A stretch of 58,154 bases of DNA, counting the filler, from Sphacelaria rigidula (lineage: Eukaryota), in assembly GCA_964200075.2 (NCBI GenBank). It is 8 parts of 8 records of this genome, joined end to end, with 100 filler letters (N's around TTAATTAATTAA, not from the genome) between each part and the next. Parts side by side here need not be neighbours in the genome. Positions count along the whole stretch, not along the records: positions 21,847 to 29,028 come from CAXNAA020016098.1; positions 29,129 to 36,310 come from CAXNAA020016099.1; 6 more parts are not named here. One strand, written 5' to 3'. Numbering within the stretch: position 1 is the stretch's first letter; every line of letters starts with the position of its first letter. A program made the position numbers and the translations under genes. The notes beneath the pieces are model-generated. The model made no database searches. It was not told the origin of the DNA and saw only the letters and a list, made by a program, of their open reading frames with translations. Of this stretch, positions 23,519 to 35,658 are shown piece by piece.

Positions 23519-24073
23519 CTGTACTGCGTTGTTGTATACGCGACATGAATGAAGATTTCACCCTCATCAAGACTGATCATTGATCAATGTTGTGAAACCC
23601 CTCAGCTCTTTACGTTCTCGATGACATATCTACTCGTCCGTATTATGTCGCGTGTTTTGCGAGGTTTTATCGCGCGCTATCTCGGCGGTACTCTCCTACT
23701 CTCCACCGCTCGTGCAGCGTTGATCAGCCGATCTTCGGCAACAGAGGTCAGCATATCATCGATGATCGCCAGATAAATGATCAGCTGACAGCATAGCATA
23801 TCATCGATGGTCGCCAGATAAATGATCAGCTGACTTGTGTTGGCGTGAATCGTCCTGTCAATGCTGCACGACCGGTGCAGAGTAAAAGGAGAGTACCGCC
23901 GAGATAGCGCACGACAAAACCTCCCTACTGTACGAGTAGAGAACACGCAACATACGGACGACTAGGCGGTCCGTAGAGAAGGTAGGGGACTGAGGTGTAT
24001 ACCGGCATTGGTCAACGGCCAGTGTTGATCAGGTCGAAGTCTTTACGTCGCGTATACAGCACAGTCAGTACAG
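23519..24073. mobile_element. Foldback element / long imperfect palindrome
   Basis: Inverted arms of ~230 bp (e.g. GCGCTATCTCGGCGGTACTCTCCT / AGGAGAGTACCGCCGAGATAGCGC and TGTATACGCGAC / GTCGCGTATACA) around a duplicated 40-bp centre. Confidence 0.85.
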
Positions 24074-25329
24074 CTGCACATGTCACTTCGGAATCCTCGA
24101 CAGTGTTTCAAGTCTTGTACTCGGATTGAGACTAGAACCCAACAGTTAGTAGTTCCGCCGCGTTTCTACGTTACTTGACGGCTTGACCCATGGCCCATGG
24201 CGCCTTCACCCCTGGTCGACCAACAGCACGGCACCGCCCCTATGTGAAACTAGGGTGACAGCTGGCAACGAGGAGATGTGTGTTATTATCTCTGCGAGCT
24301 CGCGCTGTGTCGATTTCTCTGCTTTGATGTTCAATGTCGCTGGTGCGGTCGTCGTGACTGTGTACTAAGTACACGTCCCCTCCGTCGAGGGCTGGCTGCG
24401 ACGTTCATTTGCAGCCTTAACGAGTTCGAACGAACACTGAACTCCAGTAACTAAGCGAGACGCTACACTCAAGTAGTTCCATGTTTGCACTGAATCCCGT
24501 GAAGTCGAGTGCTATATTGCCGATTCTGAGGAGAGCCGACTGCTTCGTCGTCATGATATATGGGATTTCAGTACGCCCACACTGTCCCATAAACGCGGCA
24601 CGCAAAATTCTGTATCCTCAAAGTTGACCGGAAGTCGTAAATTGATGGGGAGTCGGAGACTGGTGAGTGACTAGCAAACGGAGTCCGGAAACCCGCTGAT
24701 CAACCCGTTGGCGAATCTTTTCCGGAGATTGTTGGCTTGGCGATCCAAATACACGCACAGAAGAAGCGACAACGAAAAGTGTCCTGACCGCTAGCCGGCA
24801 GGAAGGTCACCTCTAATAGGAAGCCTCATGTATCGGGTGCATTGTCGCGGGAAGTTGTAGGCCTGCCATGGCCAGTTGAGACCAGGTATCATTTATGAAA
24901 TTATTTCACTCACATTTGCCCTCTCACACATAACACACACATGCCGAAACCACCAATGAATCAGAACTGACACACAACCGAACAACACAACTGAATCAAG
25001 CGGGACGGGAAACCGTTCATACAAAATCACACGTCATGATTCCATATTTTCGGCGCGAAAAGGCGTGTGCTCCCAGTAGACTTGTACTGCAAGCACCACA
25101 TCGGGTAAACCTCAAATAACAGTACTAGTCTCTTATTCGTACTTCCCCTGTATGTCATGACCCAATCTTGATATCCATTTCCCCTGTATCTAGGCAGATC
25201 CTGAAGCGTAAGTATAATCGATTAACCTCTACCAACCTCCTGTCAAAGACCGTACGGAGCAAGGCTTGTGCAGGAGATGAGACACCACCATATGGAACAC
25301 GAGAAAAGAAACCTCAACGGTCCGTCGAA

Positions 25330-25730
25330 GTCTCACCACCTTTTGTTTTACAGATAGTCGAAATTCACAACATACGGCAAAAATACAGATTCTAGACAAG
25401 TGAAGGTGAAGGTGAACGCCTGAATTCAGCCGGAGTTACCTACGCGAAAAATATATGATGGGAGGACCAGCGTGAGCGTATCCGCTGAACACCCGTAGGC
25501 CTGATGTTTGTGTTGACTGGACCAAACTGTTTATCGCGTGCTTGCAATTTGTGTCACAGCCCTTCAGTCTGTCGAAGTCCGGTGTCTGTCAATTGAATCC
25601 ATTCAGAGAATATTTTCACACGGAGCCATCTGCGGTTTCAACCAGGAAAGTTTTCACCCCATCCTTGCGGCACACGTCTGAAGGCGTGCCTTTATTCCAC
25701 AAGCTGTTGGCTGTGTAGGGATTCCACATG
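25330..25730 (-). pseudogene. Highly decayed LINE (RTE-like) RT fragment
   Basis: Scattered motifs in the expected order: IFSEWIQLTDTGLRQ, HIFFA*V, AVCCEFRLSVKQK. Many stops. Confidence 0.35.
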
Positions 25731-26649
25731 CCTTCTATCCTAGGTTGAGGCGATCTGGCGCGAAAGTCTCCCTCTGGCCACGCGTATTGTCAGTGGTGGG
25801 AGTGGGGGACACCGATTGAGTGATTCGTTGTCGAGTATGTCTGCGGTAGGGGCTCACTTTGTCGTCCAAGAGGTTTCTGAGGCTGCACATTAAGGCCCAG
25901 ATGTTCGTCGTGGAGAGACTGCCAAGGTGCAGAGCCCCAGAAAAAAAAGTATATTCCTACCGTAGGAGCCCCCTGTCGAAACAAAAGGCAGGAATAAGCC
26001 AAGCAAGAGTGCGTTGGAAAATATACACTCAACTCTGATCAGACTTGGCCTTACACCAGCCAGTACTTGGATTTCAGCTCACTCGCGAGTAGTTGAGCGA
26101 GGCGCGCACACAGTAGAACACAGGTGATGGACTCGAGTCACCTTTCCTGGACAACACGAAAACGTCTGACACAGTCAGACGATTCAAGATCCCCAAACTG
26201 TACCGTACGGCTTGCTGCCTTCTGTTATCCTTCCATGGTTACTAGATCGAGATTCTCACCTGATGTTCCGTGCTGCGGATCGATGAGGAAGTGGAAGTGG
26301 TGAATAATGGGAAGCGGGGCGAGCTCGTCTAGCGTCTAGTCGAAAACATGGATGCACAACTCCCTGGGACACACGCCAGCATCCATTTACTGAGCAGATT
26401 GTGGCTCGTCGAGGTCTCCTATACAAGAAAAACATATAGGATAATCATATTTTCGGGGGGAAGTCCTCTTCTTGTTCTCCTACAGTATATTTGGCTCGCT
26501 ATAGTCAACTAAGGGTGTACCTCATCATTTTTTTGTTTTTCAAGGAAAAGGTGTGACGGAAGGTGAAATCTCCACACGTCAGACAGCTCGACTCAGGTTT
26601 ACTCGAGTTGACTCTTTTCTGCATGACTCACCTGAGAATTCCGGTCACA

Positions 26650-26915
26650 TCACCTAGCGGTGCAGAGTCTGACCCGGTGAGTTCCAGAACACAACTCAGC
26701 GGTGCATATTCCGATCTGATGAGTCACAGAACATAACTCAGCGCTGCATACCTTGGTCATCATAATTCAGTGGTGCATATTCTGGTCGGGTGAGATATAC
26801 GAGATAACTCAGCGGTGCATATGTTGGCCATGTGAGCTGTACAGCATATATCAGCGGTGCACATCCTGGTCAGGTGAATTATAGAAGATCTCATCGGTGT
26901 AAGTCTGGCCGAATT
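26650..26915 (+). repeat. Minisatellite family E (~40-bp unit, ~7 copies)
   Basis: Consensus approximately AACTCAGCGGTGCATATTCTGGCCGGGTGAGTTATACAGCAT. Confidence 0.85.
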
Positions 26916-27130
26916 AGTCATAATATAAAACATTTTCCATCCGCTAACGAAAGAGCGACGTGGACCTCACCCTTGTGTTTCGAGTGGTGTACACAGAGAT
27001 GAGATATTGGCCCCCTCTCATTATGGTCCTGTGTTGTGCCTTTTCTTTCGTATTATAACACCTGCGGCAGTATTTATTCATCATGTCCGCGATCTACTAC
27101 GAGGTTCCCCACTCTACATGAGTGATGCTA

Positions 27131-27368
27131 GAGTAGGGGTGGGTGCACAAATACTTTTCGAGGTCAAATTTGTTAGGAGCTCTTCATCTCATCCAAAACA
27201 CGACGTATGAAATATGTGAGAGTGCGCCGGAATCACCCTTCCAATGTACTAGGGATGTCCCGAATGGATTTGCAAACGGGGGTGCCCTCATTCATATTCT
27301 TGCGCATCTAGAATCGTTTGGAGCCGCTGAACCAGACAAGAGTTTGCGCAAAACGTGCATCCCTACCG
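27131..27368. mobile_element. Tc1/pogo-like MITE family F, copy 1
   Basis: TA-flanked, with ends GAGTAGGGGTG / CATCCCTACCG. Homologous to 31191-31426. Confidence 0.7.
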
Positions 27369-27519
27369 TAGTATTGCTTACATGTGTGTACCGGTAGACG
27401 TGTCGCATGATCACGTGTTTCCATTCACACAAATGACTAGTGGTGGCCCCTGTGTTGTGCATGTTTTCGGTCGGGTGACTTGTATAAGTTAACGTATTTT
27501 TCGATGCTCAGTCGTGCGT

Positions 27520-27716
27520 CTTGCAACATAAGTTTGCGGTGCATATTCCGATCTAGTGAGTAAGAAAAGCAGAAGTCGGCGGTGTACCTTCTGGCCGGGT
27601 GAGCTATACAACATAGCTCAGCAGTGCACATTCTGGCCGGCGAATCTTGCAGCATGACTAAGCGGTGCATAGTCTGGTCAGGTGAGTTTTACAAAATGAT
27701 GACTCAGCGGTGCATA
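27520..27716 (+). repeat. Minisatellite family E, second block (~5 copies)
   Basis: Repeated GCGGTGCAT..TCTGG.C.GGTGAG units. Confidence 0.8.
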
Positions 27717-28469
27717 CGAGCTGTGCCGGCCGAGACGCGGACTTATGCTCTCCTAACAATAACTCATCAACATAGACAAGTTGGGCCGTGATACGTGTAT
27801 CGTATTGATCGTCTTGTCAAAGGGAAGATGCCCACCTGCTCAAAAATCTGACATCTGTTCAAAGGTGTGGGACATATTTTTCTCGTTTACTAAGCCCCAT
27901 GTTTAGCAATTCCTTTATCATGCGGAGATAGCGTCCATACGAAGGCCTATATGGAACCCCGTACGATATATTGGGCGGATGATGATTGTTATTGTTGTGT
28001 ACATTCCCTGGAGCACGGGGAATCGATACCCTCACCTTCACCTAATTCATCAATTATCTCGAGATGTAGCGCACATAAGGCCCTATTCCAACATCAATAT
28101 ATTACGAGCAGATGCACTAAATAAACGCAATGAACTAGGATGTCACGTATCATAATTTAAAAGTCGTACTTCGAAAATTGTTATGGAGAATCACTAGTGC
28201 ACCACGAAATCAATAAATGGGCCTTATCATTTTGTTTGTATATATATAAATACTTTTTTTAGGCGAGTTTTGAGGGGAAATGTGCAATATTCTCGGACGT
28301 TATCTCGATATCTCTGCTCGACTTCTAGAATTGCGCGTTGAAACTTAGAGTGGATGATCAAAAAGGCATGCTGAAGGGAAAATGTGGGCCTTCATTTTGT
28401 ATTTTGGGAGAGGTATGGGAGTTGTCGTGGTAATATGGTATTTACTATAAACAACGTTTTCGTGAGATG

Positions 28470-28745
28470 GAGAGTAGAGCGCTGATTGAGAGTGGCTTTG
28501 ATCATTCCCTTTAACTCAGCCAATTTTTCATTCCGTGTGTGCTGTTCTTTGCCCCCATCACTGGCGTGTACTTACAGCTCCACTTCGATATCTTACTCTG
28601 GGATGTCAAGGGCCCAAGTAGCGAGCTACTATAGAAAACATGTCGGGCTTCGTGGAGGGGCATTTCGAAACTGAAACGGTTCTTTCACTGATTGACCGCT
28701 TGTCATTTTGAATCGCACCCTGTACTGTAAATCTCACGAAAACAT
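28470..28745 (+). repeat. Dispersed repeat family G
   Basis: ATTGAGAGTGGCTTTGATCATT...AAGGGCCCAAGT...AGCTACTA.AGAAA.CATGTCGGGC. Shared with ~54268-54470, and the first part with 58066-58154. Confidence 0.8.
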
Positions 28746-28916
28746 TGTTCTTACTGAAACATCCTGAACAGGAAAATAGAGATATGAAAACCAAAGTGTC
28801 CCACTTTTTGTGGTTCACTGTGGTCTGGCGAGGTCCCACACAAATTTTCAAAACACAAGTGCAAAACCTGGGCCGGTAAATGGTCTGCGAAATACTGTTG
28901 CGACTTTCTCCCGGCC

Positions 28917-29000
28917 TGTGACGGTTTAATGAGACTACCAACTAGACAAGTCAGCGCTGACTGGTCAGTAGTCTAGTTGGTAGTCTCTTAAACCGTCACA
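28917..29000. mobile_element. Palindromic TGTGACGG element, copy 2 (both ends present)
   Basis: TGTGACGGTTTAATGAGACTACCAACTAGACAAGTCAGCGCTGACTGGTCAGTAGTCTAGTTGGTAGTCTCTTAAACCGTCACA. Small indels in the left arm and no TSD. Confidence 0.85.
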
Positions 29001-29028
29001 AAAGTTAGTCGCTGGTTCGATTCCCGTC

Positions 29029-29128
29029 NNNNNNNNNNNNNNNNNNNNNNNNNNNNNNNNNNNNNNNNNNNNTTAATTAATTAANNNNNNNNNNNNNNNN
29101 NNNNNNNNNNNNNNNNNNNNNNNNNNNN
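29029..29128. other. Artificial contig linker
   Basis: Same 100-bp linker. Confidence 0.98.
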
Positions 29129-30682
29129 GGAAGGTAAAAGAGTGGAGGAGAGAGGAGCAGGAAAGGTGGAGAGGAAGAAAATGGCATGGAAATATGGAGG
29201 AGCACATTGATTGGAATGGAGCGCGAAGATGGATTCGAGGCTTTTGACCAGAGGAGGAACGCAGAGTTCGGAGATAGATGTTGACATCTCCAGCTTATCA
29301 GTAGGTTTATACCTGGCATGACTTTTGTTCGAGGTTTGACACCTATCGGTTATGTGAGGGTGTCCGTATGCGACTACTGTATGGCAGTGGTGATTTATTT
29401 GATGAGTCATCAGACTTGCAGTAGTAGTTGATGAGTGGCATGCTTCACTGGGCAACATAGGATTAGCTGAGGATCATTTTGCGTTGAAACCTGGCATGAG
29501 TCGAGAATGTTCAAACATTCAGGCTCGAAACGTTTATTTTACGTGTAAACCTCGGCAAGATCCTTTTGAACTGTAACCTATGTTCACTCGTAGTTCCGCT
29601 CGAGTTTGATCGGATAAACCTCAGTTTCTAGTATCATCGAGATGCCAACGCAGATTGATTCATTTCTCTATCTGCGAACGAATTTGTGGGAAAAGTGCAA
29701 ATGTTTTTCAAAGAAGTGCTATCGCCACAACTACAAGGGGGCGGAGAATTTGACAGTATCAACTCTTTTTGAGTTGATATTTACATGGAATATATTCCCG
29801 CGAAGGGGAAAATGATGCAGTTTTTAGGGGGGCACAAAATATTCGAGGTACTATTTCCTGGGCAATTTCAGCTTTTTTGTTCAAATTGTTGGATTTTGAA
29901 TATGACTTGGGATAAGTGATGGGGGTTTTGGGGGACATGAAATATTGGAACTATTTTCTGGTTAGCTTATGATTTTTATATCATATATTTGTGAAGTTTG
30001 AGCATGGCTTGAGATGTTTGGTTTTTGTGTCAAATCGTTGTTTTTCCATGTCGGTTTTCAACGGTATAGGTTTTCAAGTCATGGCTGAGCCGTGAACAGG
30101 GGGGCAATTGACTGTGCTCACGGTCTGCCATGAACAACGTTGATTTAGGATACAGTGCGGCCCAAGTAACATGCACCATGTTGTGATTGCGGGGGATTTG
30201 GTAACCAATCAGATGAATAATGTATAATGACGAAGCTTATGCGAGGACAGTCAAATGTCGTCCAGCTGGGTTGCACACCGCCCACCGTCGGTCAGTCCAT
30301 CTTGGTTCTCTGGGTGCCATCTACCTGCCTTGCTCTGGGGGTTAATATAAGTGTATGTTGTGAGTCTATGTGTGTGTGGTACTGAGTGAGAGGGATATTG
30401 AGCGTGTGTTATTGTCTGATTGAAGGTTATTGGAGTCTGGAAGAGTGAACAGGGTGAATTGAGATAATACGAAACGTGTTATGGAACCATCTATAACTAA
30501 TACTATTTGCGTGAGCCAAGGTGTTGACTGCTGTTCACCCACTTGAGGTGTGTGGACGTTCACCCCTCATCAGAGCGGTCGATTATCCCTGACAGGCACG
30601 CCATCAGCGTTTTGCGGACTTCACGCGATTTTCATTTGCTTTTGGTATGCAATTTCCGCCACGTAGACAACAACCTCTCGCG

Positions 30683-30758
30683 ACAGGTGTACTGCATACA
30701 GTATCACACGTCGTTTGTATCGCGACCACATTTTCCATACTGTATGCAGTACACCTGT
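30683..30758. repeat. Perfect 22-bp inverted repeat with 32-nt spacer
   Basis: ACAGGTGTACTGCATACAGTAT / ATACTGTATGCAGTACACCTGT. Confidence 0.9.
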
Positions 30759-30809
30759 TCAGAGCAAATGCCAGGGGGGGGGCACACTGCGGAATGCCAC
30801 GGAGATAAA

Positions 30810-31160
30810 CAGGAAGCGTGGGCAGTGAGAAAATATCTGGCGGCCGTAATGCCCATCCGTACTGCTGGTGCAGCCCCTGCAACACCCCGGACCGTGTTTT
30901 CCGCGAAGGTGGTTGTGATCGACATCTATCGCATGGACGTTGCGTGAGATGTTGAAGCCCGTGGCGGCATCATGTACGGTGACGGTACTGTGCAGTGCAA
31001 TAGACTGTTACAGGAAATTTTAAGCAAAGACGGCGCAGGGATCTTCTCACCGTTTATTCCGGCGGCGCTGGGCTACAGAGAAGTTTAATACCCTCGGCGC
31101 CATGTGATGGGAAAAAGTACAGTCGAGGTATACAGGCGGCATTTTCGTGCTGACTTCGGC
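30810..31160 (+). pseudogene. Possible decayed ARID-domain sequence
   Basis: One frame with two stops reads VIDIYRMDVA*DVEARGG...VQCNRLLQEIL...VEVYRRHF, resembling ARID (LDLYxLYxxVxxRGG...W.EI...Y.RxL). Confidence 0.35.
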
Positions 31161-31190
31161 ATCGCTTCGCATCGCAGCGTAAATATATTA

Positions 31191-31426
31191 CGGTAGGGGT
31201 TCACATTTTTTTTTTTTTTAGGTTGGAGTTGTCAGGAGCCCTTTATCTTATCCAAAACACGACTAATGAAATATGTGAGCGTACGCCAGGATTATTTCCC
31301 AATGTGCTAGGAATATCCCGCATGAATTTGCAAACGGGGATTCCCTTACCCATATCCTTCTGCATCTACAATCGTTCAAAGCCCCTGAACCAGACAAGAT
31401 TTTGCGTAAGAAGTGCACCCCTACCG
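31191..31426. mobile_element. Tc1/pogo-like MITE family F, copy 2
   Basis: TIR CGGTAGGGGT(T/G)CAC / GTGCACCCCTACCG. Flanks are TA and TG (possibly a mutated TA). Confidence 0.75.
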
Positions 31427-32754
31427 TGGCATTGCTCCCGGAGGGAACGTTGGCGTCCCGCATGTTCATGATCCCCCAATGGTCGGGACCCAATATTTAT
31501 GGCAACCAGCATGTTGATGGGTGTTTGTATAGTCGCGGGAATGTCGATTGTTGGTGAAGCACGGTCCATGTGCCCTATTTGGCGTTGTAGTTGTTGTTTT
31601 TGTTGTGTTCATAGTTTAAACCGCACCGTCATAAGGACATTGCTCTGTACCGGACATGTCACGCGGACGCTTCCCGTGGTGAAAAACAAAGAACCCAAAC
31701 ATGGGGGGATAATTTTTTCAGTAAATAATTGTAGAATAAATAAAACAAAGAAAGAATCACACAGATGCGATACCAAATCAGAAAATAACGTCGAATAAAA
31801 TTGGTATCAATACAACGAGAATAAAAAGGAGAAAAAAAGACAGCGGATGGTCGGTGCGCACGTGATCGCTTGGCGGTCGCGAGCCGTAAACGCCGCATGA
31901 GCATACATATCGCGAAACGCGACAGAGGTTTTTCATGCCCCGCCATCCCTCGTGCTCATCTCCCCACCACTGCGTGCCGTGAAAACGTTCCGCCCTAACC
32001 CTCACTGCATCTCACCGCTCGATGAGTGATACAACCTGGAATGAATGCTACCGTACAGCATCGCGCCAACAATACTGACGACGCCCCTGCACGACGGCGC
32101 CATTGCGCTAAATGAAAACCCTCGCCTCTACCCGCCCACGCACCCACACAAATGCCTCTACTTCATCGGTCCCGTCCCTACGGCCGCACTTCCTGCCTGC
32201 CATCAACCGTCATGTCCTGCCATCCTGCGGCGCCCTTCGTGATAGCCTTAGATTGAGCTAGATCAATGAACATGAGACGACTACGTTTCCCTGTGAAAAG
32301 GGTCGTGAGCGTCACCCTACCCTACTCCGTGAAATACAGCTGTTGATAACGCACGGTAGCCCGAATAATTGAGCTGGAAACATTCGCCAGTGGCAGGGCG
32401 TCTAACAGTGTGTGTGTATGTGTGTGTGAGAAAAAAAGGACGGCTGACAGACAGACAAGCAGACAGGCAGACAGGCAGACAGGCAGAGAGTACTAGCTGC
32501 GGAGCTGTCATAATTCATCCGGGACTGTCCTGGGTGTGGAGTGAGCTCGAGCTCGAAGACGTATGCAGCTCATCCGGGACTGTCGATGAGGACAAGAGGT
32601 GACGTGGTACTACATGCATGGTTCCATATACGGTGGCTCCTGTGCGAAAGAACAATTACGATCATCGTAAAATATGCCTGAGCAATAGTTGAAACGCATC
32701 ATCACCTGTCCACAAGCCACAAATTTCCGAGAACTATCCGTCAACTACCAAGTG

Positions 32755-32968
32755 GTAAAGTCTATGGCCCCTTTCAGCCCCCGATGTATCTCCAGGTACT
32801 CTTCCTCGTCTACTTTGCGCCTGAGCGCTCCTTTTCCCCTTATCTCCTTCGAGTCTTTTTTTTGCATTGTACCCCCCGCCTTCATCTATGAACAGTATTT
32901 CGTCTTGGTTCCCTCCTATTTCCCTCCATACTCTCTCGACTTCTTTATCCCACCTTATTCCAGCTTCA
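32755..32968 (-). pseudogene. LINE ORF2 C-terminal fragment
   Basis: AGIRWDKEVERVWREIGGNQDEILFIDEGGGY, then frameshifted ALRRKVDEEEYLEIHRGLKGAI. Resembles the post-RT region of non-LTR ORF2. Confidence 0.6.
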
Positions 32969-33949
32969 TGACGTACGTAAGAGCGGGGGGCGAAGAAGCG
33001 AAATTCGTATCGCAGACAATCGCTTGGGAGTAAAGTACACACAAAGAAGAAGAGAAAAGAAACTGAAGTGAAGGAAAAGAGGAGAAGGAAAGAGGGAACA
33101 GATCGGGCTGCCCAATGGGGTAAGAGTGACCAACCGCAAGGGCGGGCCAATATGAAGTACAGTAGTCTCGGGTTAGCCCGATAGTTTCCCAACTGCGAGA
33201 ACGTGTTTTTTGTCTCGCAGTTTTGTTCATATTAGTTTTCCGCCTTTTCTACATCCCACATGATCCATACTTCTTGAGCCAAAAGCAAATGTGTGTATTC
33301 AATAAGAATGCGGGGTTCGTGTTGGCGGATGGCAAATTATATGGGATGTACTCTGGTGTATGCCTAACTTGAAATAGAGTAAGTGGGAGCGTGTAGCCAA
33401 GGCGCCAACGCCGCAGAGTTTGTTCAAGCGGGCAAGGGGAGGTTTGTTCCGAAAGAAGCAAACCGTCGTTTATTGCAAACATCGAATTGACCAAAGAGGC
33501 GTCTATTAGTTCAGCCGCTCTTTTAGGGTCATGGAGGAACAGTCAAATACTCAGCCGCCTTTTTATTATTTCAGTCGCTTTTTGAGGATCACGGAGGAAC
33601 AGTTGAATAGTCAGCCCCGAGCGTTCACTTTGCGGGAAAGTCCACGGATAGTCCAAACAAGGAGACGCAAATCAGCGTAGGTTGGAGACACAAAAGGTGA
33701 ACAGAGAGAGCATAGAAGGAGTTGAGCCAGTTCGACAGGGGCCGACAAGTTTTATCGATTGGGTGTGAAGGAGGCGGGGCTGCGCAGGGGGCCAGCTTCC
33801 GGGCGTGGCGCGAGGGCATCTACGCGCTTGAAAGGGAGGAAGGAGGCGGGGCTGCGCAGTGGACCAGCTTCCTGGCGTGGTGCTATCACATATACGGGCA
33901 TGTCTGGTCACTGTGGTATATCTGTACGCACTGTGAAACAGGCTGCCAG

Positions 33950-35621
33950 CTATCGGGAACCAACTACTGTCGAAAGTAAAGTTGCACGGTTTTCTGGCTC
34001 CATCGCAGACATCTGTGTATTGCCGTTTAGATTATCCCCGAGCTGTCGAGTTTGGTCGAAGTGCAGAAAACCTACACTCATGCTAAATGTTTCTTCCTCA
34101 ATCGCACACATGTTTGTATTGCCGTTTCTGGGCCATCCCGGAGCTGTCGAGTTTTGTCGAAGTGCAGAAACCTATGCTCGTGCAAGGGGAAGCAGCTACT
34201 GTCGGAAGTAAAGCTGCACGGTTTCCTGGCTCAATCGCACATGTTTGTGCATTGCCGATTCCGGATCATCCCGGAGCTGTCGAGTTTGGTCGAAGTGCAG
34301 AAAACCTACTCTCATGTTGAATGTTTTCTGACTCACTCACACACAGGTGTGTGTATTGCCGCTCTGGGCCATCCCGGAATTGTCGAGTTTTATCGAAGTG
34401 CAGAAACCTATCGTGCTGAACCAACCTCTCCAGGACAACCGAGAGGTTGGCGTCTGGTCAAATAGCGTGTTGCACATACTTTTCTCGAGCTTGTTGCACA
34501 TACGCTTCGCGACCCGGGCTGCCGAAAATTCTTTCGGGTTGCAGTCAAAAATAAGTTCTAAACATTGCAGCAGGCTTCTGACTCAATTACACTGTGTGAC
34601 TGCCGTTTCGATTATCTATCGAAACTGTCGAGTAGTCTTTGAAGGGCAGAAGTCTGCGTAAAGAAATGCCTATGCTGAACCAACCTGTCAGTGAGATTCA
34701 CAGGAGGTTGCCGTCTGGTCAGTTAGCGTTGCACACGTCAATAGTGTGTCTGCACATACGCTGCTCGACCCGGGCTGCCGATTTTGGGTTGCAGCAATAC
34801 ATTGAGCTCCAACACATTCCGACAGGCTTCTGACTCAATTGCACGTGTGGTTGCCGTTTCGATTATCTATTGGAGCTGTCGAGTCGTCTTCGAAGTGCAG
34901 AAGCCTGTGTAGCGAAAAACAAATATGCTGAACCATCCTCTCACGGAATTTTGGGGGAGGTTGCCGTCTGGTCAGCAGCGTTGCACATATGCACGCTCCT
35001 TGACCGGGCTGTCGGGAATTTCCGAGTTGCAGCGAACAAAAAGCCCCAAAAATCAGCAGGCTTCTGGCTCGATTGTCATGTGCAATTGCTGTTTCGATTG
35101 TATATCGGAACTGCCGCGTCATCTTCGAAGTGCAGAAGTCTGCGGGCCAAATGCCTATGCTGAACCAACCTCCTACGGAAATACACGGGAGGTTGCCCTC
35201 TGGTCAGTTAGCGGATGGTGCAAACGCTTCTTGATTCAGAGTGCCGGAATAATTCGGGAGGCAGCATATATATATATATATATATATCAGTTAAAAATTT
35301 GAATCAATCGCACCCAGAGGTGGTCGCCGTTGCGATTGTAGTGCAACTGTCGAGTTCTGTTTTTCTTACAAGTACCGAAGCCTACGAACGCCGCTGAATC
35401 AACATCATACGATGTTGCCGTTCCATCCCGGATGTTCGATTACTTACCGGCGCTGTCAGTCGTCTTCGAGGTGCAGAAACCTGTGTAAAAAACAATTATG
35501 CTGGACCAAATCTTTCACGGAAGTCCACGGGAGGTTGCCGTCTGGTCAGTAGCGATGCACGTGTGTACGCTCCGTGGCCCGGGCTGTCGAAAACTTTTCG
35601 AGTTGCAGCAAACAATATGTT

Positions 35622-35658
<37 letters not shown>

